Positions 11,880 through 24,410 of a stretch of 64,000 nt of DNA are shown here, piece by piece. The stretch covers positions 5,752,062-5,816,061 of the forward strand of contig NC_057719.1 of NCBI RefSeq assembly GCF_004010195.1, given 5' to 3'. Position numbers and translations under genes: made by a program. The number at the start of each line of letters is the position of its first letter. Within the stretch, counting starts at the first letter, position 1. The notes beneath the pieces were generated by a model. That model worked only from the letters and a program-made list of their open reading frames with translations, made no database searches and was not told the DNA's origin. The stretch comes from Chiloscyllium plagiosum (taxonomy: Eukaryota).

Positions 11880-13175
11880 GGAGGCAATGGTTATCAGGGA
11901 AGGCTACAGTCAATCAGCCATGCTCTTGTTGAATGGTAGATTGGCGAAAGGATCCTACTGTTGCACTGGACTGCACTGCACTGTCCATCTTTCTAAGGGG
12001 CTGTGCTTCTTTGTCCTGCATTGTGCTAATCTCCACGGGTGTTATTAGAACTGCATTCATCCAGGGAAGTGGGGAGCATCACTTCTGTCTTGGAGATGAT
12101 AGGCAGGTTTCAGGCAATTACAGAATAATACTCTGACTTTGTCAGTAGCCACCATATTTCTTTGGCTGGTGCAATTAAGTTCCTGTTTAATGGTGAGTCA
12201 CAGATTATTGATAGAAAGTGATTCAGTGATGATCATGCTGTTAAATATCATCATTGGAAGGTGATTAAGTGGAAGTGTCATTGCCTGGTGCTTGTGGTAC
12301 ATGAAAGCTACTAACCATATTTCAGCCATGGCCTTAGCTGGGCAATGACAGCTCCAGTGAAGTTCCATACTTGCAATATATTTCAGTTTGGTTGATAAGA
12401 TATGCTTACATGGAAAAGTAGTGCAGTGAGGTAAAAAGAAAAATCAAAATTAATCATGGAATAAAAATGAAATGCTTAGACTATAGAATGGTGACAGAAG
12501 GAGGCCAGTTGGCCCATTGTGTCATTTGGCTTTTCACAGGAGCAATTTGGCAAGTCCCACACTCCTGCCTTTTCCCCATATCCCTCCAATTTTTAAATGC
12601 TAGTTGTATTGAAAGAGTAAGAAAGATTTACCAGAGGATCATTGATAGTGTATTGCAGGGGGAGACATCCCACCCCATTGATAGTGTATTGTGGGAGATT
12701 CGTCCAAAATCTAACTAGTTTCTGTGGCTTTGCATAAAATGCATTTTATCTTTTATTTGTATCCTCAGTCTCCCTAGCGTGTTGCTTCAAAGCATTAAAA
12801 TTTGCAATGTTTATATCTTATTTGCATTGATTGACTTTGCATAAAACTTGCAAACTAGGGTCTGGCACATAGGGAACATTCTGGAAAACACACGTTAAGA
12901 AGACAGAGTGACAAAGTAATTTCCCACTGTTACTCTTGCTTGCCATCCCAAAGGGAGAGTGGGAGGAGCCTCCAATCTGCAAGCAGATTTCACTAAGTTA
13001 ACTGCAGGTAACACACACATTTAATTTGAGATACATTTATAGCAGTCAATCAAGCATATTATACTTGACGTGTGAACCCTAAATTTATAGCAGGGTTACC
13101 AACTCTAGCTGCACGTAATATTAGAGATTTTATCCACGACACTTCTTGCTATGATCTCAGCTGCTGGTCATATTA

Positions 13176-13382
13176 GGAGAAAGTGAGGAGTGCAGATGCT
13201 GGAGATCAGGGCTTAAAAATGTGTTGCTGGAAAAGTGCAGCAGGTCAGGCAGCATCAAAGGAGCAGGAGAATCGACATTTCGGGTTTAAGCCCTGAAGAA
13301 GGGCTCATGCCCGAAACATCGATTCTCCTGCTCCTTTGATGCTGCCTGACCTGCTGCACTTTTCCAGCAACACATTTTTAAG
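13176..13382. mobile_element. Family A PLE fold-back with hammerhead core
   Basis: Long inverted arms and a one-sided tail of about 36 nt. TSD tgctggtcatatta at 13162-13175 and 13383-13396. + strand CTGAAGA-A-GGGC-tcat-GCCC-GAAA-C-ATC at 13293-13320. Confidence 0.9.
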
Positions 13383-13849
13383 TGCTGGTCATATTAGCCA
13401 AACCAGATGTCAGAGTGAACTTGCTCTTGATGGACCATAAATGTTAGTTTTGCAATTTGTTTGCCATGGGGATCAGTCACTGACTGTGACTGTGTCGCAC
13501 AAGGCAGTGCACTTTTAGCCCAAGAAAATAAAGCCTTGCTGCACACACAAAAAGATCTTAACTATTACACTGCAGGAACTGGTTGAAAAGTCTTATTACA
13601 AATATTAGAAATACTGTCATACTGTTTCTGTAGATTTTCTCTTACTGATATCAAGCTACTTAGAATTTCTTTTCTTTTGCCCTTACTGTTTTTTTTTTGT
13701 GCTGCGAAGCTGCACTGCTGCTGTTACTGACCTCCTCTCTGTGCATGACGTGCTTATTTCTCTGAAAGCCTACACATTGTTTGAATATCTGGATGGTTCC
13801 ACCTTTCTGAAAGAGCTTGTCTATGTTGCAGTCTCCCTGAGTCATAGAA

Positions 13850-14545
13850 TAGGGGGAGGCGATGGCTTGGTGGCATTATCGCTGGAAACAACAAATGCTA
13901 GAGATCACAGCGGTCAGACAGCATCCATGGAGAGAGAGCAAGATACAGTTTTGAGTCAAGATGACTCTTCAAAAGTGAAGTGTGAAGCAAGTGAACGGGG
14001 CAGCATTTATGTTAAAGTTGGGTGTGGGTGTCGGGGTGGTGGGTGTAGATTGCTGGTGGAGGGAAAAAATGTTGGTAGTGATCAGAATGTGAGAATGTTT
14101 CAGATTAAGTGATAGGAATATGAGAATGTTCACTGGACTGTTAATGCAGAGACAAAACTAAAATTGCTGGAATATCTCAGCAGGTTTTTGTTTCAGATTT
14201 CCAGTATCCACAGTTCTTTCAGTTTTTTGTTAATCCAGAGATCCAGATAATGTTCTATCACTGCAGAGTAGAATTTGAATTCAATAAAAATTTGGAATTA
14301 AGAGTGTAATGATAACCATAAATCCATTGTCAGTTGTTGGAAAAATACATCTCATTCATGAATGTCCTTTAGGGAAGAAAACTAACATCCTTACCTAGTC
14401 TGGCCAACATGTGACTTCATGGTCATGCTGTTGGATATCATCATGGGATATCCAACAACAGCAATGTGGTTGGCTCTTAACAGCTCTCTGGTCAATAAAT
14501 GCCCTAACCAGTGATGATCTCACCCCATGAATGAATAAAAAAAAC
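13850..14545 (+). mobile_element. Second SINE family (tRNA-like head, tail shared with a CR1-group LINE), interrupted by two PLE-terminus insertions
   Basis: Head gggaggcgatggc..ggtggcattatcgctgga, core atgtcctttagggaag...gcaatgtggttggctcttaac, tail catgaatgaataaaa. Inserts at about 13885-14130 and 14150-14230. Confidence 0.7.
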
Positions 14546-16204
14546 GTGTTGCTGGTAATAGCCATTTTGTTTTCTCTTCTAACCTTATTTCTAAGGCACT
14601 AATGTATTCACATCAATTAAAATGTCTCCACTTCTTGACACACAACATGGAAATACAAATAAAGCTATCCATGATTCTTTCCAGTTTATTGCAAGTAATA
14701 GCAACATCATAGACCTCCTTCACACCCTCAAATTAGCCCTGCATGTCCATTCTGAAAGTGGGTGGACGTTACCTACTTTTATTGTGTGATTGGATGAAAT
14801 AGTCAAATGGCTTTTTATCTTCCATTCCCACTGACTTGATTTTTCTTTCTTCCTGTTCGCTCCCCGCCGTGACACAGAAATCAATTTTCAATTTGTCAAA
14901 ACTCAAGGCTAACAGCAGAGGGTTTGCAACTCTGAATAGAGCAGGGAGAGTATTACAGAGTTCAAATAATTTGTGTGGATTCGGGGAAGGTATGGAGCAA
15001 AAAGGAAAGGGGAAACAGAAATAATCAAGAAAAGCATTCTGCATTTGTTGTGCAAGTCTGACATTTTGATTGTGTAAATAGTTACTGTTAATAAACAAGA
15101 CTTCTGTTGCACCAAAAACAAGCCCCTGTTCTTTATTTTATACAGAGTAATCTATAGAAAACCAGAAATTGCATCCTGTTGGCATTAAGTGCGCACTAAA
15201 ATGTAGTCTTGACAGATACTTAGTGATAGGAAGGGGATGCTAAAGGCTGAATATGTGAGAGCAATGTGACAGTTATAAAGGTATTTTTCTTAATAGTCAT
15301 CCATCAGTCTGCCCAAGTTCAGAGCTGAAATTACAACTCCAACAAAAACTGAAGGGCAACAGCCAATACTAAATGCTTGTACTGAAACACAAGCATTCTC
15401 CTTCCACGGTTCAGTGTTAAGTTATCTTCAAAGGAGAGGAAGTCATCAGCAGCTTGGGAAATAATGGCAGAGTGGCTAATAACGTGGATAGAATTCAAGG
15501 GAGAATAGCTGAAGCTGCTCAGCCTCCTTAAGATAACATAATTCCAAGATACAAAAAAGAGGTGCGATTATTGTCAGCAGATTTGCTAATGATATATGGA
15601 TTTGAACGGAGAAAGCAATGGGCTGCACGTTCAGAAGGAAAATGGGCAAGTGAGTGAAGTGGAAAAAGTTGAGATAGCTGATGGTATGCTGACAGCTCTT
15701 GAGGAAAGATTGTCAGTATTTACAGCAATTAAACTTCATCTTGGAATAATTCATTGTGTATTACAAACTCTAAAGCTGCTGTTTTGCTACTATAGCAAAT
15801 CCTCTGATTATCTCTCACAGGAGATCAGCTGGTTTGTATTAATAATTGTACACTTATGTACTATTCTTGAGTCTTCCCATTTCCAGGATGATGGAGTAAA
15901 GTTTGTTTAATTGATGGTGACAATGTACTTTCCTTCCTCTGTCTGTGTGAAACAGCTATTTTTCAGACACTAATGTTTCTCACTGCTAATTGCCCCATAG
16001 CCATGGCTGATGTCAGAGGCTGGCCTCATTTAAAGAGCTGCTGTCAGTAGAAAGCAGACAAAGAGCAGATTCCTTGATAAAACCTAGTGTAGGCTGACTG
16101 ATCTGCAGCCCACCAATCATCTGTAGCCTTTTAAAATCAAGGCTTGCACTTCTCTTTGTACTTTTGTTTATTTATTCACTCATTAATGTAATCTGTTTGA
16201 ATGT

Positions 16205-16488
16205 TGGATGCATTCACAGGATGTGAGTATCCACGTATGCAGGCTAGACCAGCATTTATTGCCCACCCCTAATTGCCCAGAGGACAGTTAAGAGTCAATT
16301 GTATAGCTTTAAGCTTGATGTCACATGCAGATCAGGCGAGCATGGCAGTTTACTTTCCTAAAAGGCATCTGTGAACCAGATGGGTTTTCTCCCCACCAAT
16401 CATCAATAATTTCATGGTCATAATTCGACTCCTAATTCAAGCTTCACCAACTACTATAGCGATAATGCCAGTAGGCCATCGCCTCCAC
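16205..16488 (-). mobile_element. Second SINE family copy
   Basis: Reverse complement of the head, core and tail seen at 13850-14545. Confidence 0.7.
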
Positions 16489-16889
16489 TTATTAGTGCAT
16501 GGATGAATCCAAATTCACAGCATCAAAATCTGTTAGCTGTCAGCAACTTGAAATGATTGTGAGTAAAATCTGAGTCCATTCGATCTTTATTTGTTTCTCA
16601 TGGCGAAGTAATTTGCTAACTGTATTCACTGGAACAATACTGGATCTGGAAAGATCAGCCATGTAATTCAGAGTCAGCAGGGTGTGTCAGTGAGAGTGTA
16701 ACATGCAGTTTGTGGTGTTCCAACCATTTGCTGTCCTTGATTTTTCTAGGTGATGGAGTCAATGAATTGCAGGGCTGCTATTAAAGGAGTGAGTTAGTAC
16801 TCGCTTTAGCCATGCTGCTGGAGGGAGTTGGATGGGATATCAATCAAATTGATTGTCTTGTCTTGGATAGTCCTAGATGCTCAGAGGTC

Positions 16890-17535
16890 AGAGGAAAGAA
16901 AAAGGTCCTTTGGCCCATTGAGTCTGCACCAAACAAAAATAAGCACCTAACTATTCTTATATGCCTTGCATTGCAAACACTTAATTATTGTGAGGATTCC
17001 TGTGAAAAATATTTTCCTTGCATCCCCTGTAAACCTCCTGCCCTTGAGCTGAAATCTGTGTCCCTGGTCATTGATCTGTCCACAAAGGGGAAAGATTCCT
17101 TCCCTGGCTGTGCTCCTCAATTTTATACATCTCAATCATGTGTCTCCTCAGTCTCCTCCAATCCAAGGAGAACAACCCTATCCTATCTAATCTCTCTTCA
17201 TAAATAAAACACTCCATCCAGGGCAACATCCTGGTGCTGCATCTCTGCACCCTGTCCTGTGCAGTTTCATCCCTCCTACAATGTGGATTGCAGAACTGCA
17301 CGCCATAATCTAGCTGTAGCCTTACCACGACTTTGTATAGTTCCCGCATAACTGTCCTTTTAAACTTCTTACCTCGGCTAATAAAGGCAAGTATTCCATA
17401 TACTTCCTTAACCAAAGCATCTTCTTGTCTTGCCTCCTTGCACACCAAGTTCCCCCAATCCTCAGTGGTTCCCTAATATTCGTCATATCGTGCCTTGCTT
17501 GCTTGACTGCCCAAGTGCATCATGTCGCACTTACC
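16890..17535 (-). mobile_element. CR1 3' fragment
   Basis: ORF 17068-17448 reads LYK..VR.QLDY.VQF...YEERLDRIGLFSL..RRLR. Confidence 0.85.
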
Positions 17536-17544
17536 TGAATAATT

Positions 17545-17893
17545 TGCAGGTTTGGAGATTTGTAGCTCAGGTTGTGGATCAGGTTGTAAGTTTTCTCGCT
17601 GAGCTGGTAGATTTGTTCTCAGATGGTTCGTCACCATGCTAGGTAACATGATCAGTGAGCCTCTGGTGAAGTGCTGGTGTTCTGTCCCACTTGCTAGTTA
17701 ATAGACCCCATTTGCCAATCTCTCAGAAAAAGAACCGGAAATGATATCACCAACCACAACAGACCAAGACACACAAATAGCAAGTGGGACAGAACGCCAG
17801 TGCTGCATCAGAGGCTCACTGATGATGTTACTTAGCATGGTGACGAAATGTCTGAGAACAAATCTACCAACTCAGTGAGCAAACCTACAACCT
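17545..17893. mobile_element. Poseidon-type PLE terminus fold-back (family D)
   Basis: Arms about 17581-17696 and 17778-17893 are reverse complements. The right part is homologous to 44270-44455. Confidence 0.85.
17815..17856 (+). ncRNA. Minimal type-I hammerhead ribozyme motif (family D), sense to TTC7B
   Basis: CUCA-CUGAUGA-U-GUUAC-uuagcaug-GUGAC-GAAA-U-GUC-UGAG, with helix I CUCA/UGAG and helix II GUUAC/GUGAC. Confidence 0.8.
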
Positions 17894-19078
17894 TACCTTA
17901 AATAGCATTTTCTTGAGTATTCTTGGAACTGCGCCATACCCATAAGTCTTGGGCAAGTTAGCACAAATATCACATCATCCCAGGCATTGCAAACATTTTA
18001 AGGTTGACAAGGGTGGGTTGACAGGTGAGAAGTTCGAATCCCCTCACTACAAGGCATTTTTCTAGATCTATAAAGTAAGGATTGTAGAGAAGGCATGCTT
18101 TATTAACAGAGTAAACATGAGCTGTGTAGTTTAGATATACAGACATATATAAAACTGAATATCTGATGCTGCAGATTTACTTGTATTCAGAACAGTAATT
18201 GTTTATCCTCAATCTGGTTGATATCTAGTTTTTAAAAAATTGTTTTTGTCAAAGTGCCGATGTCAGGAAGCCAAGCTTCATTAACTGGTGCATTGGAATT
18301 GAACTGATGCCTAATCGTGCTCACTAGGATTAGAGAGCAGTGCCAGTTTGCTAAAGAGAGGAGACGTGAATAATAGGATAGCTCGCTAGTTTGTCCATCC
18401 AGTTTTATTATTTCACAGAAAATTATTCTTGGATCTGAGAATAATGTCGCCATATGGTAACTGTAATATTCCAATCAGAACCATGTCTCCCTGGTGTTTA
18501 AGCTGTCCTGGCAGACTTGCACAATGGAAAGTTCCACACTTTTCACGTCTACTTTTTAGTGATCTGTTTTAGAACTGATTTGTCCTGAGTCATTTATTGC
18601 CTTTATATCACTTCTTAATTAACTTTATAAATTACCTGTCACTAAAGCTGGAGAACTTATTTTCTTCTTCCTCTTTTCCTTTTTCTCCCACTTCTCTCAG
18701 TCTGAAAACATACAAATCACTCAATCACCATGCAGGCTAATGAGACCATTTAGAAAAGCCAATGCAGTAACTGGGTTCATTTTAAGAGGGACAGATTTGG
18801 AAAGTAATTATAGTAATATTTGGTAGATCACATTTGCATGCTGTGAACAATTCTAATTTTCATGTTATGAAAGGATATAAAGACACTTGAAAAAGTTTAG
18901 CTTTTAGGTTGCAAAAGTGAAGCCAGATGTCCTCACTATGAGAGATGTTACCTCCAATTTGATTCACTGCATATGATATCAAGCAATGACATTGGTGGCG
19001 CAAAGACACATGCTTGACAATCTGTGGTCATTAATGCTCAATTTGGGTTTTGCCAGGATCCCTCAGTATGAGCACTCC

Positions 19079-19098
19079 TCTCTCTCTCTCTCTCTCTC
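19079..19098. repeat. (CT)n microsatellite
   Basis: Direct reading. Confidence 0.9.
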
Positions 19099-19239
19099 TT
19101 AATGCCAGGTGACAGGCGAGTGACTTGCCTTGACATCAAGGCAGTATCTGACCAAGTGTGAAATCACCAACAACTTTTATTGTGTCTATAACATTACAAA
19201 ACAACTAAACCGTTCAACATGACATTAAGGATCGTCCTT

Positions 19240-19490
19240 AATGTTCTGTCCCATCTGTCAATCTTCCTTCCCACTTATCCGCTCCACCCTCCTCTCCGAC
19301 CTATCACCTTCACCCCCACTTCCATCCACCTATTACACTCTCAGCTACCTTCATCCCAGCCCCACCCCATTCCCATTTATCTCTCCACCCATGACGCTCC
19401 CAGCCTCATTGCTGATGAAGGGCTTTTGCCCAAAACATCAATTTTCCCGCTCCTCCGATGCTGCCCGACCTGCTGTGCTTCTCCAGGACC
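19240..19490 (+). mobile_element. Family A Neptune 3' terminus with decayed hammerhead
   Basis: C-rich 3' region followed by CTGATGA-A-GGGC-tttt-GCCC-AAAA-CATC. Confidence 0.75.
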
Positions 19491-20045
19491 ATGCTAATCA
19501 TGACAGTAAGGACTGGCAACTAAAGCTTGGTGAAAAAGGCAAGTTTTAAGGAGTATCTTAAAGGAGTAAAGCAAGACACAGAGTTTCAGAGAAGGAATTT
19601 TAGAGATTAAAGCATAGACACCTATGGAAATGACCACGCAATCATGTTGTATTCATTCCCCTTTCACAACCATAAAAGGAGGGTAATTGAAGACAGAGTG
19701 GGGACCATTGTAACAATTGTGCAGCTGCCCTGTTATGTAAGCATGACTGTCAGGAGCAGACCTGTGTCTATTCTGTGTTCTGTGACTAATCGCGTTTTAT
19801 AAAAATATTTAAAGCAAAGCTATCTTGTGTTATTTCTACACTCTTTAACACACCTAATCTATTTCAATCCTATACTGATGATATGACATAAATAGGAAGG
19901 ACTACCAAATGGTTGTTTTTGTTTGGTACATTTGTGTAATAATGTTATATATTTCAGATCAGAGTGGTTTATTGGCAGGGCCAAAAACTTTAGCTAAACT
20001 TGCTTTGAAGTCAATGCCCCTAATGTGATAGGGGTCCAAGTTATA

Positions 20046-20755
20046 AAGAACAAAGAACAAATAAAATTGCAGCACAGGAACAGGCCCTTTAGCCCTCCAA
20101 GTCTGCGCCAATCCAGATCCACTATCTAAACCTGCCGCCTATTTTCTAAGGATCTGTATCCCTTTGCTCCCTACCCATTCATGTATCTATCTAGATACAT
20201 CTTAAATTATGCTATCGTTCCTGCCCCTACCACCACCGCTGGCAACGTGTTCCAGGCCCCCACCACCCTCTGCATAAAGAACTTTCCACGCATATGTCCT
20301 TTAAACTTTCCCCTCTCACTTTGAACCTGTGATCTCTAGTACTCTGGGGAAAAGCTTTTTTGCTATCCACCCTGTCTATACCTCTCATGATTTTGTAGAC
20401 CTCAATCAGGTCCCCCCTCATCCTCCATCTTTCTAATGAAAATAATCCTAATCTGTTCAATCTCTCTTAATAGTTAGCACCCTTCATACCAGGCAACATC
20501 TTGATGAACCTCCTCTGCTCCCTCTCCATAGCATCCACATCCTTTTGGTAATGTGGCGACCAGAATTGTACGCTGTATTCCAAATGCGGCTGAACTAATG
20601 TCCTGTGCAATTGTAACATGACCTGCCAACTCTTGTACTCAATACCCCGTCCAATGAAGGAAAGCATGCCGTATGCCGCCTTGACCACTCCTACGTTGCC
20701 ACCTTCAGGGAACAATGGACCTGAACACCCAGATCTCTCTGTACATCAATTTTCT
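20046..20755 (-). mobile_element. CR1 3' fragment
   Basis: ORFs 20227-20715 carry LVQPHLEYSVQFWSPHY and RLGLFSLER; an (AAGAACA)-type tail lies at about 20046. Confidence 0.9.
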
Positions 20756-21135
20756 GTTAAATTATGTTTGAAGTTAATTAGGTCTGGTTGTTCCTGAGCC
20801 ATTGTAAATTAACCAAGTTGATCTAAATGATATGATAATTGTAAAATGCAAAGTATAATGGATAACCTCTGGAATTATTTGGGAGACAAAGTAGATATTC
20901 TGATGGAAGAAAGTGATGGGTTTTATGGTTGGATGAGCTTGAGTATGGCTTTCCACATGCATTTATTTTGGATAATATTAGTTTTGGGTCTTGACGTAGT
21001 ATTTGCCAAGTTGCTTTGATTTCTTCTAAACTTTGATCTTTTGTGTTCTTTAAAACTTCTTGAAGAACTTTATATTTTTTGTCCCCTCCATGAAAAAAAT
21101 CTAACTCAAGAAGATAGTTTTGTGTGTAAAAGGTT

Positions 21136-21342
21136 AGAGCTGAAAAATGTGTTGCTGGAAAAGCGCAGCAGGTCAGGCAGCATCAAAGGAGGGGGAGAAT
21201 CGACGTTTCGGGCATAAGCCCTTCTTCAGGAATCGCATAAGTCCTTATTCAGGAATTCAGAAAAAAAAATGACCTGCTGAGCTTTTCCAGCAACACATTT
21301 TTCAGCTCTGATCTCCAGCATTTACAGTCCTCACTTTCTCCC
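21136..21342. mobile_element. Family A PLE fold-back; minus-strand hammerhead core intact (21198-21233)
   Basis: Inverted arms and an exact 13-bp TSD tgtgtaaaaggtt at 21123-21135 and 21343-21355. Confidence 0.9.
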
Positions 21343-21364
21343 TGTGTAAAAGGTTGACCTGACT

Positions 21365-24300
21365 AAGTACTTGCCGTTTGTATCCCCCTTAAATTTTCCA
21401 CCTCTCACCTTGAAAGCGTGACCTCTCATTATGGAATCCTTCACTCTGGGGGAAAAAGCTTGTCTCTATCCACCCTGTCTATACCCTTCATGATTTTGTA
21501 AACCTCAATCAGGTCCCCCCCAATCTCCTTTTTTCTAATGAAAATAAACCTAACCTATTCAACCTTTGTTCATAGCAAGCACCTTCCATACCAGGCAACA
21601 TCCTCGTAAACTTTCTCTGCTCCGTCTCCAAAGCGTCCACATCCTTTTGGTAATGTGGTGACCAGCACTGTACACAGTGTTCCAAATGCGGCCGAACTAA
21701 CGTCCTGTACAATTTTAACATGACTTGCCAGCTCTTATACTCAATACCTCGTCCAATGAAGGCAGGTATATGCCTTCTTGACCACTTTATCCACCTGTGC
21801 AACAACCTTCAGGGTACAATGGACCTGCACTCCCAGACCTCTCTGCTCATCAACTTTTCCCAAGGCTCTTCCATTCATTGTATAATGCGCTCTAAAATTA
21901 GACTTGACTAAATGCATCACCTCACATTTATCTGGATTGAAAGCCATCTGCCACTTTTCTGCCCAACTCTCCAGTCTATCTATATCCTCCTATATTCACT
22001 GACAGTCCCTTATGCTTTCTGCTACTCACCAATCTTCATGTCATCTGCAAACTTGCTGATCATACCAACAGTGCCCTCTTCCAGATCATTTATGTATATT
22101 AAAAACAACCGTGGCCCCACCACTTATCCCTGTGGAACACCACTGGTCACCTTTCTCCATTTCGAGAAACTCCCCTCAACTCCTATTCTCTGTCTCCTGT
22201 TGCTCAACCAGTTCTTTATCCACCTGCTAGAACACCCTGCACAGCATGTGACTTCACTTTCTCCATTAGTCTACCATGGGGAACCTTATCAAACACCTTA
22301 CTAAAGTCCATGTATATGACATCAACAGCCCTTCCTTTATCTATCAACTCGGTCACTTCCTCTAAGTTGGTAAGGCATGATCTCCCCCCGCACAAAACCA
22401 TGTTGCCTATCACTGATAAGCCCATTCTTTTGTAAATCTAAATAGATCCTATCCCTCAGTACCTTCTCCAGTGACTTTCACACCACTGACATCAGGCTCA
22501 CTGGTCTGTAGTTACCCAGAATAGTCCTATTAACTCTTCTTGTACAGGAGGACAACATGAGCAACCTTCCAGTCCTCTGGCACCTCACCTGTATTTAAGG
22601 ATGCCACAAAGATATCTCTCAAAGCCCCTGCTATTTCCTCTCTCGCCTCCCTCAGCAACCGAGGATAGATCCCTTCCAGTCCTGGGGATTTGTCCACCTT
22701 AATAACCTCTAGCCTACCCAACACAGCTTCCCGACTTATGTCAATGTGATCCAGACTAATCGAATGTCTATCTCTAATCTCAAGATTCATCATGTTCCTC
22801 TTCTCAGAGAACACTGATGCAAAGTAATCATTCAGAATCTCACCCATTCTCTCAGGTTTGACACATAGCCTTCCTTCATTATCCTTTAGTGGACCAATCC
22901 TTTCTCTAGTTACCTGCTTGCTTCCTATATAAGAATAAAATGCTTTGGGATTCTCCTTAATTCTGCTTGCTAAAGCTATTTCATGATCCCTTTTAGCCCG
23001 CTTGATTCCTCGTTTAAAACTTGTCCTACCCTTCCAATATTCCTCCAGGAGTCGTTCTGTTCTTAGCTGCCAGGATGCTGGAGATCAGAGCTGAAAATGT
23101 GTTGCTGGAGAAGCGCAGCAGGTCAGGCAGCATCCAGGGAACAGGAGAATCGACGTTTCGGGCATAAGCCCTTCTTCAGGGCTTATGCCCGATTCTCCTG
23201 TTCCCTGGATGCTGCCTGACCTGCTGCGCTTCTCCAGCAACACATTTTCAGCTCTTAGCTGCCAGGACCTTATGTTCGCTTCCCTTTTCCTCTAGTCGTG
23301 CAATTTCTCCTGTCATCCACGATTCATGTATCTTACCCTTCCTATCCTTTGCCTTCAACGGGGCATGCCTATCCTGCACAATCTTTAACCTATCTTTGAA
23401 AGCCTCCCACATCTCAAACGTGGACTTCCCTTCAAATAGTTGTGACCAATCCACATTTCCCTACTCCTGCCTAATTTTGATATAATTGGCCTTGGCCCAG
23501 TTTAGTACTCTTCCCTTAGGACCACTCTCTTCTTTATCTGCGAGTATTCTAAAACTTACAGAATTGTGGTCACTGTTCCCAAAGAAATCCCCCACCGCAA
23601 CTTCTACCACTTGTCCTGGCTCGTTCCCCAATACCAAGTCCAAAATAGCCCCTTCCCTCGTCAAACTATTGACAAACTGCTCTAGAAAACTCTCCTGGAA
23701 ATTTCTTACAAATTCTACCCTATCCAGACCTCTGACACTAAGTGTATCCCAGTCAATGTTGGGAAAATTAAAATCTCCCATCACCACTACCCTGTTGCCT
23801 CTACATCTTTCCATAATCTGTTTACCTATTTGTTCTTCTACCTCACGCTCACTGTTGGGAGGCCTATAATAGAGCACCAACAGTGTAACTGCACCCTTCT
23901 TATTTCTCAGCTCCACCCATAATGCCTCACTACCCAAGACCACCATAGTGTCCTCCTTTAGCACAGCCGTGATATCGTCCCTGACCAGCAATGCAACTCC
24001 AACCACCCCCCTCCCCTTTTACTTCCCTCCCTGTCTTGTCTGAAGCATCTGGAACATTTAGTTGCCAATCATCATGCCCTTCCTTCAACCAAGTCTCTGT
24101 GATGGCAATAACATCATACTCCCAGGCATCAATCCAAGCCCTAAGTTCATCTGCCTTACACACTATACTCCTTGCATTAAAGTAGATGTATTTCAGGCCA
24201 CCAGTTCTTTTGCGCTCACCTGCTCTCTGCCTATTCTGCCCTTTATTAATGCTATCTTCATAATTCTTACAGTCCCCAGTCTCCACCTCACTGCCTACTT

Positions 24301-24410
24301 GTTTTCTCTTCTGGTTCCCAGTCCCCTGCCACATTAGTTTAAAACCTCCCCAACAGCAGTAACAAAAACTCCCCCAAGGACATTGACTCCGGTCTGGTTC
24401 AAATATTGAC
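21365..24410 (-). mobile_element. Long CR1 LINE (ORF2 APE endonuclease plus RT), frameshifted
   Basis: YFNARSIV.KADEL...VIAITETWL, YYRPPNS, VVMGDFNFPNIDW, SDHNSV, KSPG..GIYPRLL, DFSKVFDKVPH and C-terminal CR1 motifs occur across ORFs 21509-24433. Confidence 0.95.
23076..23252. mobile_element. Family A PLE fold-back nested in the CR1
   Basis: Perfectly complementary arms of about 64 bp and an exact 15-bp TSD tcttagctgccagga at 23061-23075 and 23253-23267. Confidence 0.92.

Noticed and set aside
11692..12048. Recurrent ORF PIHLTCTSLDCGRKPEHPEETHAD (also at 47333 and 57790)
   Set aside because: It is the antisense translation of the V-SINE, not a protein family.
12640..12692. Direct repeat cattgatagtgtattg (two copies)
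   Set aside because: It probably marks a TSD around a tiny truncated insert or a local duplication; two units do not make an array.
18446..18461. GTCGCCATATGGTAAC as another X-box
   Set aside because: The half-site spacing is longer than the usual RFX consensus and the site is isolated.
21365..22830. Segmental duplication with 62437-63874
   Set aside because: Similarity is confined to CR1 sequence and is best explained as two insertions of one subfamily.
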